IMG/VR virus record: IMGVR_UViG_3300031706_000021 | Coordinates: 1-33,047 of that record | Direction: 5' to 3' (one strand) | DNA: 33,047 nt | Source: a virus | Lineage: Duplodnaviria; Caudoviricetes | Part shown: one piece after another, positions 15,050-24,230 of the stretch | Numbering within the stretch: position 1 is the stretch's first letter | How the letters are laid out: every line of letters starts with the position of its first letter | Position numbers and translations under genes: made by a program | The notes under the pieces: generated by a model | What the model saw: only the letters and a program-made list of their open reading frames with translations | What the model was told of the DNA's origin: nothing | The model's database searches: none

Positions 15050-15460
15050 CTATTTATTTAATTTAAACCCTGTTTTGTCAACTGTTCTCGCCCCGAAATA
15101 TCCACAAAGGACCCAGGTCACTAGGTCTGATGTGTCGGAAGTATCAAGACCCATAAACCAGCCGACAATATAAGCGGAAGTAAGAGCCAACAAAACCATT
15201 GGTCGGATATTGCGGGCTAAAAATGATTGGCTTTTTGAGTCGGCAACCCATCGCTTTGTGATGCCGTCAAATTCGTGAATCTCTTGATCTAGTTTTTTGA
15301 GTGCGATTTCTTTATCTTTGTCTGACATATCAGATCCACCGATCAAAGCTTTTACAACACTGCCGACAGGCGTGTCTCCAGCTATAGAGCTGACAATGTT
15401 TGGGATTTTTTCAAGTAGAAATTTCCCGACGTTAGTTTGACTGAATTTTTTTTTGCTCAT
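15050..15460 (-). CDS. Holin (GTA 3TM-like family)
   Basis: RWVADSKS.SFLARNIRP...GYFGART with C-terminal TM helices; adjacent to the endolysin. Confidence 0.8.
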   Translation of the reverse strand: MSKKKFSQTNVGKFLLEKIPNIVSSIAGDTPVGSVVKALIGGSDMSDKDKEIALKKLDQEIHEFDGITKRWVADSKSQSFLARNIRPMVLLALTSAYIVGWFMGLDTSDTSDLVTWVLCGYFGARTVDKTGFKLNK

Positions 15461-15499
15461 TATCTTTTTTTAGATTAATAAGCGGCGACCCTGCAATCA

Positions 15500-15922
15500 C
15501 TATTTTATTCTTATGTATTTTAGTAGTCTTGATTTTGAATAAGGGGCGATCTGCACTTTATTTCCTTGATTGCCTCCTAAAATATAGATGTTTGATTCAG
15601 ATTCACGAACATAAAAACCGACGTGGCCTTTCCAACCGTCTCGATCACCTCGCCATAAAACAACGATATCACCCTGCTCTGGGCTGTCTGTTTCCTTTCC
15701 AACATCCAACCAGCTTCTAGCATTTAGTTTTTTAGTATATGGCAAATCACACATCATGCAAACCCAATTAACAAAAGCAGAACACCAAGCCGTCTCATCT
15801 TTTAATGTTTTACCATCAAAGCCAATGTCATCAAAGTATTTTATTACCTCTGGATTATCGATGTTGCCTTTCCATTCCTCAATTCCGTATTGAGTTAAAG
15901 CTGTTTTTATTAGCTCACTCAT
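15500..15922 (-). CDS. Endolysin, NlpC/P60-CHAP type (TIGR02594-like)
   Basis: DETAWCSAFVNW, ARSWL, GDIVVLWRG, GHVGFY, LGGNQ. Confidence 0.92.
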   Translation of the reverse strand: MSELIKTALTQYGIEEWKGNIDNPEVIKYFDDIGFDGKTLKDETAWCSAFVNWVCMMCDLPYTKKLNARSWLDVGKETDSPEQGDIVVLWRGDRDGWKGHVGFYVRESESNIYILGGNQGNKVQIAPYSKSRLLKYIRIK

Positions 15923-16035
15923 TAATATTTAAAAAGAGTAATTGTAATGTGCAATAGGGAAAGACCGATTACAACCAGTAGCATTTGACCTTGTGGGGAA
16001 TACTTATTCCATTTTTTAGCAATGTAATTTTTCAT
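15922..16035 (-). CDS. Small single-TM protein (37 aa, MKNYIAKKWNKYSPQGQMLLVVIGLSLLHITITLFKY)
   Basis: Manually translated; abuts the upstream stop and overlaps the endolysin ATG. Confidence 0.6.
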   Translation of the reverse strand: MKNYIAKKWNKYSPQGQMLLVVIGLSLLHITITLFKY

Positions 16036-16398
16036 TTAGTCTCTCTTTTTAAATAATGAATCAAAGGCAACGGTTCCAGCTAAACTAAGCTTATCTATTA
16101 CCTCGCTTTGTAGTGCTATTATTTGCGCCTCATAGGCATCTTTTTGTTCAACTAAGGTTTCAATGTGCCTTTGCTGAGATTCGACCTTAGCTTGTAGCTG
16201 TGCTTCTGTTTCAGGATTCTTGCCTAGGATAGAGTAGATAACCACTGCTAGACTTGCTGTTAACGTTCCTACGATACTTACAAATATATCTTTGTTTTCT
16301 AAAGGTATTGAGTTGTTAGCCAAATACATGAGTAGAAGTATTACCACTATGAAGATTCCAGCCGCTCCGCAATAATGTATTAAGTCTTTTTTTTTCAT
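16036..16398 (-). CDS. Two-TM plus coiled-coil membrane protein (lysis module)
   Basis: Two hydrophobic N-terminal segments followed by heptad repeats. Confidence 0.7.
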   Translation of the reverse strand: MKKKDLIHYCGAAGIFIVVILLLMYLANNSIPLENKDIFVSIVGTLTASLAVVIYSILGKNPETEAQLQAKVESQQRHIETLVEQKDAYEAQIIALQSEVIDKLSLAGTVAFDSLFKKRD

Positions 16399-16541
16399 TT
16401 ATTAAATTGCTTGTATATGTTTACTGCTGTGTAAATTATTGTCAGAATTAACACCACGGTTTGAAGTATAGGATTGAACTCATTCACAAAGCTAAAAACC
16501 ATGGCTCCAATATTTAATCCGTATATCTTCAAATCTTGCAT
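16395..16541 (-). CDS. Small holin-like membrane protein (48 aa, MQDLKIYGLNIGAMVFSFVNEFNPILQTVVLILTIIYTAVNIYKQFNK)
   Basis: Manually translated; TAATG and ATGA coupling; two hydrophobic stretches. Confidence 0.7.
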   Translation of the reverse strand: MQDLKIYGLNIGAMVFSFVNEFNPILQTVVLILTIIYTAVNIYKQFNK

Positions 16542-16864
16542 TAGTTAAAACTATGACCTGCAAAAGTGTGAACCCCATTCCCTGAAGGTGATACTTCTTT
16601 TCCTGCCCATCCAGTAGGGGATTCAATTAGGTCTTTCCAAAGCACATCAACCGCATATTCTATTTTTGCTTCTCCTTCCGTTTCAGTTTCTCCTTCTTCA
16701 TTATATGTAGGTTCTGTAATCCACAGGTGACCTAGTTTAACGATAGTATGTCTGTGATTTGGTACATCATTTCCCTCTTGATCCTGAACGTGCGGGAGAG
16801 CGGCTATTTTTGTATCTGCTTGCGCTTCTGTATCGAACTCGTACTTTTTGAATAGTGTTGCCAT
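16541..16864 (-). CDS. Fibre-associated protein (chaperone-like)
   Basis: 107 aa acidic protein directly after the fibre tip gene; FKKYEF...VDVLW...GVHTFAG. Confidence 0.55.
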   Translation of the reverse strand: MATLFKKYEFDTEAQADTKIAALPHVQDQEGNDVPNHRHTIVKLGHLWITEPTYNEEGETETEGEAKIEYAVDVLWKDLIESPTGWAGKEVSPSGNGVHTFAGHSFN

Positions 16865-16904
16865 GATTTGTTTTTTACTCTTGTTATTTATATAGGTGTA
16901 TTTA

Positions 16905-18074
16905 TTACGCCTGTGTTAGTGATATGCATTCTGTATCTGATAGAGCAGTGTCAAAAATTTGTAATTTTTTTACTTTTAATATCCCATACCCTCCAAAAAT
17001 AAAGCTATCTATATTCGTGTAAGCAGTTCCTGTGAAACCGCCTCCCTTTACTCCTGCAACAAAAGTACTGCCGTTGCTCAAAGAGTTAAATCTCCATATT
17101 ACTTTATTGGTTGTTGTTAAAGATATTGCTTGAACCGTACCGTTCCAATTACTTGCAAAGCCAATTTGACTCCCCCAAATATAAGCCCTACCGTTTGTGC
17201 TATCGGATCTAGTAATTGCAAAAACATCGACTGAAGTAGTAGCCAAAGGATAATCAAATTCTAAAAATATTGTCGCTTGTGTTTTACCTGATAGTAAATT
17301 AGAACTTAATCCTGTTTTACTTGCTAGATCAATTGTCCTAGTTACTGTACTGCCTTGTGTTGGTATGTAAGATGTAGGGTAGCTTCCTTGTTCTAATTGG
17401 CTTCTATATAATTTAAAAGAACCTGTGCTAGTTGATGAAGGCACTCTTGTAGCTGCATTACTATCTATAAAGGATAAAAGAATACTGGTTTTATCCGTAG
17501 TATTAAAATTTACTAAAATCCTTATAAAAGAACCGTAATCAATTACATTTCCAGTAAAACCTCCTTCAGAATAACCTACTACTTTATTTTGAATGTCAAA
17601 ATTTATAAAACCAGTATCGCTTGCATTAGAACCAACAAGAATATGCAACCATTGATGGTCTATATATTCTACATCAAAAAAAGCTGTTTGTGCTCCATCG
17701 TTTGTTTCATTCTGTAAAATGTTTTTAAATGAACTACCAGCGTTAGCGGTTATTGTATTATTTGAGAATGTTACACCACTTTTAACCCAAGCAGCATTGC
17801 TAAAATCTCCGCTGTACCTTATAAGCTGCGTTCTCGCAGGCTCTAAAATTAAACTAGGACAATCCTGTACTACTCCATCAATTAAAGGATAGTTTAGTCT
17901 TGGTACATCTGCCGCTACCGTTTCAATATATCCATCTTTGTTTACCCTAGTAGCTGTGCTGCTTCTATCAAATGTAAAGTCTCCATTTCCGTTGCTCGGC
18001 TTTTGACTGTGTACCTTATCGGTTTTAACTCCCGAAGGTGTTAACATTAAACTTGCTTTGTCAAATAAACTCAT
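16905..18074 (-). CDS. Fibre/spike receptor-binding protein with lectin-like (LamG/ConA) beta domains
   Basis: FTFDRSSTATRVN...PRLNY...LILEPART, QLEQGSYPTSYIPT, C-terminal LQIFDTALSDTECISL. Confidence 0.75.
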   Translation of the reverse strand: MSLFDKASLMLTPSGVKTDKVHSQKPSNGNGDFTFDRSSTATRVNKDGYIETVAADVPRLNYPLIDGVVQDCPSLILEPARTQLIRYSGDFSNAAWVKSGVTFSNNTITANAGSSFKNILQNETNDGAQTAFFDVEYIDHQWLHILVGSNASDTGFINFDIQNKVVGYSEGGFTGNVIDYGSFIRILVNFNTTDKTSILLSFIDSNAATRVPSSTSTGSFKLYRSQLEQGSYPTSYIPTQGSTVTRTIDLASKTGLSSNLLSGKTQATIFLEFDYPLATTSVDVFAITRSDSTNGRAYIWGSQIGFASNWNGTVQAISLTTTNKVIWRFNSLSNGSTFVAGVKGGGFTGTAYTNIDSFIFGGYGILKVKKLQIFDTALSDTECISLTQA

Positions 18075-19354
18075 TATGAAAGTATTAGTTTTTCTGTGTT
18101 AATCATTACTTGTTCCATCCCTTCAACCGTTCCACCGTCATTGTGAACTCTACTCATATAATCCATTGCTAAACCAATAGCTTTGTAATTCATAACCCCA
18201 GGCGTTGCGGTCACATAATCAACAACCGCTGCACTAGTTGGAATTGTTGTATCGTTATCGTTGTTCCTTAAACCATCGGTTTTATCTACAAACTTTGTTA
18301 TTGTTATATCTTCTGCAGTATCTTTTAAAGAGCCAAATGATAGAGTACCTCCTGAAGATACAGTTGAAAAACTCGCACCTGTTCCAATTAAATTTCCACT
18401 AACATTTAAAGCTGTGTTGGACAGAGTCATAGATTCCGTAAGTGTTCCATCTTTCATTGTTTCGAAAGTCAAAGAACCATCTTCAGTGCCATCAGTTACG
18501 TCTTCAGCTTTTGCTTTTATTTGCACATATTGAGTATCTTGATTAGCGCTGTTAAATCCTCTAAAATTTACAACCCCTATTTCTTCACCGTCAACTGGTA
18601 CAGCATTGTGTAAAAACCACATATAAGGCAAATCACTAGCAGCGCCATTAAAAATCATTTGAGCATTACCAGAAGTTACATCAAGCGCACCACTAGGATT
18701 AGCGGATGTGCCTATCCCAACATTACCAAAGAAATTTGTGTTTTGTGAGGTGTCTATGCTTAAAGCAAGAGTGTTATCGGTAGTTATTGTAGCGGTATAT
18801 GACTTTAAGTTTAGTTCTCCCGTTGTGTTAACTATCTCTGCATTCGTTCCATTATGAAAAATCTTTAAGTCTGCTCCAGTTCCAAATATAGCTTCACTCG
18901 AATCAGTAAACGTAATGTCGTCATTCGCTGAAACTGCAAGATCTGAACCTCCTGTGGTGTTTCCTAATGCTAATACCTCGGCCAGAGTGTCGGCTGGATC
19001 TATCCAGCTCATTGTACCATCGCCGTCAGACTTTAAAACTGCTCCATTCGCACCGTTTCCAGAAACATTCAAGGCAAGAGCTCCAACAGAATTGTCAATT
19101 AATTCGTCAGCACCAACAGAGTCATCCGCCATTTTTGCATTAATAACTGAATTAGTTAAGAGATATTTATTTGTTGAACCTTCAGTCACAACGTCAGAAG
19201 AAAAATCAACTCCGCTAAGATCTTGAGTGTCGCTGGTGTAAGTAATGCCAAAAATTTCAGCAAGATTTTTTCTAACGCTTATAAAACCATCCCTTAGGGT
19301 TTGACCGTTTCCATCGTTGCTTTCATTCCCTACATTAATATTATTGGAAGCCAT
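18074..19354 (-). CDS. Fibre protein
   Basis: N-terminal INVG..SNDGNGQTLRDGF (T4 gp9/gp10-like motif), GNVGIGT..P...LDV fibre motif, G/S/T/D-rich. Confidence 0.8.
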   Translation of the reverse strand: MASNNINVGNESNDGNGQTLRDGFISVRKNLAEIFGITYTSDTQDLSGVDFSSDVVTEGSTNKYLLTNSVINAKMADDSVGADELIDNSVGALALNVSGNGANGAVLKSDGDGTMSWIDPADTLAEVLALGNTTGGSDLAVSANDDITFTDSSEAIFGTGADLKIFHNGTNAEIVNTTGELNLKSYTATITTDNTLALSIDTSQNTNFFGNVGIGTSANPSGALDVTSGNAQMIFNGAASDLPYMWFLHNAVPVDGEEIGVVNFRGFNSANQDTQYVQIKAKAEDVTDGTEDGSLTFETMKDGTLTESMTLSNTALNVSGNLIGTGASFSTVSSGGTLSFGSLKDTAEDITITKFVDKTDGLRNNDNDTTIPTSAAVVDYVTATPGVMNYKAIGLAMDYMSRVHNDGGTVEGMEQVMINTEKLILS

Positions 19355-19406
19355 GTTGTTGATTGTTAAACAATTAGAATTTTAATTCTTTTGTTTTAAT
19401 TAATAG

Positions 19407-19553
19407 TTAAACCATATCTATTGAAACGCTGAGAGCGTTGAAAGTTTTTAAATCAGTCCGGTCGATGTTGATGTTGTTGCATGATGGATAAAAATTTTCG
19501 TGTTTTTTATCCTGTGACCAAGCCTCATAATATATAGATCCTAATCCGATCAT
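19407..19553 (-). CDS. Small putative virion protein (48 aa, MIGLGSIYYEAW...NIDRTDLKTFNALSVSIDMV)
   Basis: Manually translated; ATGA coupling to the adaptor gene. Confidence 0.55.
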   Translation of the reverse strand: MIGLGSIYYEAWSQDKKHENFYPSCNNINIDRTDLKTFNALSVSIDMV

Positions 19554-20071
19554 AAAACCCAACCTATTGAAAAAGATTCATGATTCGGTGAGATTTCATC
19601 GTTTGAATTTGAAAACCACTGTGGAAACTTGCTCGCTGCATTGAATGCCATGTAATCTAAAAATCTTTGAGTATAGCTTTCGGCTCTGTCTCTCTCGATT
19701 TGGATAATATCTTTCATTTCGTCCAGGCTTATCTCGCTTGAATTTTCTGAGCTATGTTTGTAAACGCCTTTATTTGACACCGTAATTGATGCAGTCTTTA
19801 AGAATTCACTAGTTGCCAGATGAATTAATATAGGTTGAATATAGTCGTCTAAAAGAGCCTTGTAATCCGTCGGGATCTGTGTTCCGTTTGCCACTAGTGC
19901 CGTAATTGCAGCAACATAATAGTCGTATAAATCGCTGCCGATAATCTCTTTTAAATATTGAACTTGGGCCAAGTGTAAAGCCGGGACTATTTTATCGGCA
20001 TCCAGATTGCCGTCTAAAATTGGGCTTCTTCTAATAATATCGTCCTTACTGCAAAATAATATATCTGCCAT
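19550..20071 (-). CDS. Putative head-tail adaptor
   Basis: 173-aa helical protein abutting the portal gene; AQ..YLKEIIGSDLY and SNKGVYKH motifs. Confidence 0.65.
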   Translation of the reverse strand: MADILFCSKDDIIRRSPILDGNLDADKIVPALHLAQVQYLKEIIGSDLYDYYVAAITALVANGTQIPTDYKALLDDYIQPILIHLATSEFLKTASITVSNKGVYKHSSENSSEISLDEMKDIIQIERDRAESYTQRFLDYMAFNAASKFPQWFSNSNDEISPNHESFSIGWVL

Positions 20072-22075
20072 TTATCCTGGGTATTTTCCTTTATCTGTTC
20101 TATTGAATGGAGCTTGTCCAACTTCCTTTGATTGTTTAGGTAATTTAAAACCTTTCCTCAACGCTTCTTGTACACTAATCTTGCTTGTTCCTACTAAAGC
20201 AGCACCGCCCCAAGGCTTGCCCTCTGAGTTTAATCGCTTTTGAAAAATTCGCCTTTCGAATATATGTTTACAGTAGATTCCGCCCTTGTGTTTTAAAATG
20301 GAATACGGTTTGTTTTTGTGTCTAAATTCTTTGTTAGCCCCTTTAAAACTTAACATGTCAATGTCTTCCTTTCGGTAAATTTTACCAAGTTTCATCATTT
20401 CCTCGCAAAAAGGTCTGCTCTTATTTCCGCTTTCGTTTGGCTTAACACCTCGAGCCCTTGCATATTTATAGCGAACTTTAAACATATCGGAGTCTAGCTT
20501 TGAATCAAGTTGCGGCTTACTTAATTTTAAACCATTGAGATAGTTCTCAGCGTGAAAATCTTCTGGTTCGTCTGCTGAATCTTCAACAGAGATCAATTCA
20601 TATTGTGACAATTCGCTTTCATCTTGCCCAACAGTTTTTAGGAAATCCAGTATTTCGATTGCTAAGTCTTCAGACAAATCCTCCTCCTTTTCCATCTTAG
20701 AAAAAAGCTCTTGAGTTCCTGTTCCGTTAAACATTGACTTAGCAACATTGATATCAAACTGAAGCATTTGAACAAGGAAAACGATTGCTTGGTCCGTTGT
20801 GATAATTCCCTCCTTTACATTTTCCAATATAGACAGCGCTGAAGCTATCTGAGCCCCGTTGTAAGAGGCTTTGTTGTCTTCGTCGGCTTCTGCTGTTGGA
20901 GTTGTTTTTTCGGCCACCTTTTGGATTGTATCGGTTTCGATTTCCTCTCCGGTCTCTTCCTCAATCTGTTCCTTAGTCACTAGGTCTTTCGTGTCTGTAA
21001 ATTCAATCGGAGTCAGTGTTTTAAAATATAGATCAAGAGCAATTCCGTTGTGGCCCAAGATGTTGTTTACGGCGTCAAGGATTAACTCCTGGAATGGCTT
21101 AATGGTAATATTTTCAAACAAATTTTGAGCGTTTGAAATTTCTTCGGAGTTTGATCCAAGGCCCGAGTTTCCATCTCTTATTCCAACCAATAAAGGAGAC
21201 GTCACTGAGTTTGCAAGCAAAAGTTTACGGCTGCATTCTTCAGCTATATAAGAATAAATATCCGCTGCATCGCTGACGGTAATATCTTCAATCTGTGTTT
21301 TGTTGTCTGGTGAATCTGAAAATGAAACGATCACCTTTTCGCCATTTGCTCCCGTTAATTTGTTTTTAATTTCATTAGCAATCATTTGCTGTTTTTCAAC
21401 TGTCGGCAAACCATTAGTAAACGACACGAGTTTAGTCCCACTAAAGGAGTTAGTAACCTCATTTACAAGGTATTCAGAAATTAAAGACTCAAGTTTTGAG
21501 TAATTTAAAGCCGAGATCCATGACGGTGGATTATAATAGTGCATTGAAGGGATAAACTTCCTAATGATATAAACCTCATTATTTGCTCCAGATCCAAAAA
21601 CTGGAATCCGTGTAAGCTCATCGGGGTCGTTATACTCAGGCCAATTCGGATGGTAATAGTAAGCGTTGATCACTCCTTTGGCGTCGCATTTTTCAGCTCT
21701 TAAAGTTTCACGGTTAAAATGTGAAACGCTAGAAACTTTTTTTCCTTTGTAGGTTATTTGAAAGGCCGCCTCTCCCAATAGTTTTAAATCGGTTGAAACT
21801 TTTTTAATACACTCACTTTTAAAAAGGCTTTTAAATTGTGCGTACTGGTCCGGCTTTCTTGATGCGTCGTGAGCTGCAAGTCCCTTTCCTGCAATTTGGT
21901 TTACTATTCCAGTAATGATTGAGCTTGTAGTCGGTGAATTGAGAAAGGCGTCGATAATCTCTTTGTAAAAATCATTGTCCTCACCGTATGCAATAAAATC
22001 CTCTCTTGGGTCTTCTACAATCTCGGGCGTTTGATAGGCCGCCAGGTTTAAAATGTGAAAATCGCTATTATTCAT
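20072..22075 (-). CDS. Portal protein with long C-terminal extension
   Basis: YGEDNDFY...SPT...I.G.G, DLKLLGEAAFQI, GANG.KVIVSF, VTSPLLVGI, IKPFQELI; C-terminal SRPFC...KGGIYCKHIF. Confidence 0.85.
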   Translation of the reverse strand: MNNSDFHILNLAAYQTPEIVEDPREDFIAYGEDNDFYKEIIDAFLNSPTTSSIITGIVNQIAGKGLAAHDASRKPDQYAQFKSLFKSECIKKVSTDLKLLGEAAFQITYKGKKVSSVSHFNRETLRAEKCDAKGVINAYYYHPNWPEYNDPDELTRIPVFGSGANNEVYIIRKFIPSMHYYNPPSWISALNYSKLESLISEYLVNEVTNSFSGTKLVSFTNGLPTVEKQQMIANEIKNKLTGANGEKVIVSFSDSPDNKTQIEDITVSDAADIYSYIAEECSRKLLLANSVTSPLLVGIRDGNSGLGSNSEEISNAQNLFENITIKPFQELILDAVNNILGHNGIALDLYFKTLTPIEFTDTKDLVTKEQIEEETGEEIETDTIQKVAEKTTPTAEADEDNKASYNGAQIASALSILENVKEGIITTDQAIVFLVQMLQFDINVAKSMFNGTGTQELFSKMEKEEDLSEDLAIEILDFLKTVGQDESELSQYELISVEDSADEPEDFHAENYLNGLKLSKPQLDSKLDSDMFKVRYKYARARGVKPNESGNKSRPFCEEMMKLGKIYRKEDIDMLSFKGANKEFRHKNKPYSILKHKGGIYCKHIFERRIFQKRLNSEGKPWGGAALVGTSKISVQEALRKGFKLPKQSKEVGQAPFNRTDKGKYPG

Positions 22076-22433
22076 AAACTAAATAATCGTTTGACTGCGT
22101 TGTGTTTGTTGTATAGATTCCAGCATTTAAAGAATAATCGGCAACAGTTTGATTTGTACCCAAAATTTTGTCTCGGTACAGTATTGATCCTGTTGCTGTG
22201 TTTGTTATTTCCAGTAAGTAGGTGAAATCTTTTGTTTGGTCTTGCCCTAAGCCTGCCGTATATGTATAATAATAATCGACTGAAGGAAATGTGCTCACTG
22301 TTGCGCTGTGGACCTCTTTGTTTTGCTCTTCGTTTTTTATCACCACTTTAAAAATATTTGATCCCGTAGGATTGAAAGTTTTAGGTATAAAATTCAAGGT
22401 GTTATTTGTTTGTGTTCTGTCAATAACCTGCAT
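22068..22433 (-). CDS. Putative virion structural protein (beta-rich)
   Basis: 121 aa, between tail tube and portal; ILYRDKI motif. Confidence 0.6.
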   Translation of the reverse strand: MQVIDRTQTNNTLNFIPKTFNPTGSNIFKVVIKNEEQNKEVHSATVSTFPSVDYYYTYTAGLGQDQTKDFTYLLEITNTATGSILYRDKILGTNQTVADYSLNAGIYTTNTTQSNDYLVYE

Positions 22434-22434
22434 T

Positions 22435-22593
22435 TTATTGTAGTTTAAAAGTCCCTATTGCTGTGTTGTATAGCTTTTTAATCTTTAAAGCTTTGAATCC
22501 TAATTCTGTTAAGGCGTTTTCTGCTTCTTTTTCGGTGACGCTGTTCCACTCTAAAGAATCAAAGGGTTTAAAGGTGTATTTTGTTTTAGTCAT
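22435..22593 (-). CDS. Small hypothetical protein (52 aa, MTKTKYTFKPFDSLEW...)
   Basis: Manually translated; stop lies 1 nt before the next ATG. Confidence 0.55.
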   Translation of the reverse strand: MTKTKYTFKPFDSLEWNSVTEKEAENALTELGFKALKIKKLYNTAIGTFKLQ

Positions 22594-22655
22594 GTGTTTG
22601 TATTATATGCTTTGAAGGGAGCAGCAAAACCACCCCCAAACAAAACACAATGTTA

Positions 22656-23207
22656 TTAACTGTTTGTCCCTGCTGTCACTGTCACACTCGCTGAACTCAT
22701 TGCCGCCAATGGATTGACTGTTGTAGCTCCATTAATAAAGTCTGGTGCTGAAATTTCCTCGGCTAGAAATTCGAGTACCATTCCCGACATATCACCAAAT
22801 GCGCCTCCGGTTTGAATAGTAGCCGACTCCAAAGAACAGCCGTTTACTGTTCCTAAAAGGAAAGCATTATTATTACGATCAACTACTATAACTGAAGGGT
22901 GACCGTAAGAAATTAATTTTAATTCTGCCGTCTGCTCTTTTGAGAGTTTAGGTAGTGTCACGCTTAATGATGTACTATAAAAAGTCGTTCCAGATTCTTT
23001 GGAACTTGTAAGCGTTGTTGTCATTGCATTTGCGGATCCGTTAAGCTCGTACTTGAAAATTACGATGGTCCCGGTCATGTCACTGATTTGGTCTCCTGAA
23101 TAGGTGACTGTTGCGATTGATCCTTTGTTGGTTAAATAAATCGCGGATAAACCGCCCGAAATATCTTTACACGGTATCGCAAAGCCCTTAGATAGATTGC
23201 ATGCCAT
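22656..23207 (-). CDS. Major tail tube protein
   Basis: MACNLSKG...CKD..GGL.AIY, ESGTTFY, VVDRNNNAFLLG, GGAFGDMSG; 183 aa, beta-rich. Confidence 0.75.
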   Translation of the reverse strand: MACNLSKGFAIPCKDISGGLSAIYLTNKGSIATVTYSGDQISDMTGTIVIFKYELNGSANAMTTTLTSSKESGTTFYSTSLSVTLPKLSKEQTAELKLISYGHPSVIVVDRNNNAFLLGTVNGCSLESATIQTGGAFGDMSGMVLEFLAEEISAPDFINGATTVNPLAAMSSASVTVTAGTNS

Positions 23208-23229
23208 TCGTCTGATTTTTAGATAGTTA

Positions 23230-23246
23230 GGGGGGTTTTACCCCCC
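23230..23246 (-). other. G6-TAAAA-C6 hairpin after the capsid gene (attenuator or mRNA stabiliser)
   Basis: GGGGGG TAAAA CCCCCC in the capsid to tail-tube spacer; no immediate U tract. Confidence 0.5.
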
Positions 23247-23264
23247 TTTACTAATGATTAATTT

Positions 23265-24203
23265 TTAGCTGTAAAAAACAACTTGAGAAGGCTGAACAAT
23301 TGCAACCGCAGCAGAGCCTCGAAGCACTACTCTTGAATTTTGAGATCCGTCAATCGTTGACATGTCCAAAATAGACGCTTGTAAAAGCTCGCTATATAGC
23401 GAAGAACCGAACACTAGGTCCTCTTTTCGAGCTGCAAACATATCCGTACTTGTTAAGCCTGGACACTGAACAACTGGAATTCCTAAAAAGAATAATTTTT
23501 GTGATCCGTTGTACCACATTTGACGCTTTCCGTCAATTCCCTCAGTTGCATTTGAAGAGTTAACAGCTCCAAAACCTGCTAATTGAGCAATGTATGATTG
23601 ATAAATTGATGTACTTACAAAAATTGAAAGACTTTCGTCACCATAAACAGCGTTAGGAATTGCAGAAACTACCTTTTGTAATTCAGTAGTGACATTAGCT
23701 TCAGTAATTGCAGATTTTGCAACATCAATAACTTGATTGTCTGCTGCTGCTAAAGTTTCAAATCCATCAAAGGGTATATTTCCGGCAGTTGTTCCCGTCC
23801 AGATTGCAGATTCTACGGCCTCAGAAGTTTTTTTCACTACGTCCTCGAGAATAAATTCACCAAAAGTTTTAGGAAGTCCAGATTTAACCCCTTTCATTTG
23901 TAAACTTTCCCATCTACTCAAGAAATTTTTGCTGCAAATTTCCATGTTTACTTGGATTTCCTTGGGCTCGAGAACAACTTCCGTAGTTGTGAGAGTTCCA
24001 GTACTTGTAAAATCACAAGTTCCCGGCTTTAAAAGATTATTATCCGAGTTTATAACTTGAATTACTTCTTTATATTGGATGTTGTCTCTGATGTCGATCG
24101 CTCCAGAGGCGAGAGTTTTCCCAGAAAGCAAAGCCGCCGATACATATCCGCTTGCTGCCTTCCCTGTGAATGAACTGTTTATTGTATTATTACTAGTAGC
24201 CAT
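23265..24203 (-). CDS. Major capsid protein
   Basis: 312 aa; CDFT..GT.T.TEVVLEP, VESAIWTG...FDGF, FLGIPVVQCPGL; follows scaffold and decoration-like genes. Confidence 0.88.
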   Translation of the reverse strand: MATSNNTINSSFTGKAASGYVSAALLSGKTLASGAIDIRDNIQYKEVIQVINSDNNLLKPGTCDFTSTGTLTTTEVVLEPKEIQVNMEICSKNFLSRWESLQMKGVKSGLPKTFGEFILEDVVKKTSEAVESAIWTGTTAGNIPFDGFETLAAADNQVIDVAKSAITEANVTTELQKVVSAIPNAVYGDESLSIFVSTSIYQSYIAQLAGFGAVNSSNATEGIDGKRQMWYNGSQKLFFLGIPVVQCPGLTSTDMFAARKEDLVFGSSLYSELLQASILDMSTIDGSQNSRVVLRGSAAVAIVQPSQVVFYS

Positions 24204-24230
24204 AGTATTTTTTCTTTATGTTATTATTAA

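Noticed and set aside
16905-19354. Diversity-generating retroelement or invertible fibre cassette
   Set aside because: No reverse transcriptase, no template/variable repeat pair and no invertase or inversion repeats seen.
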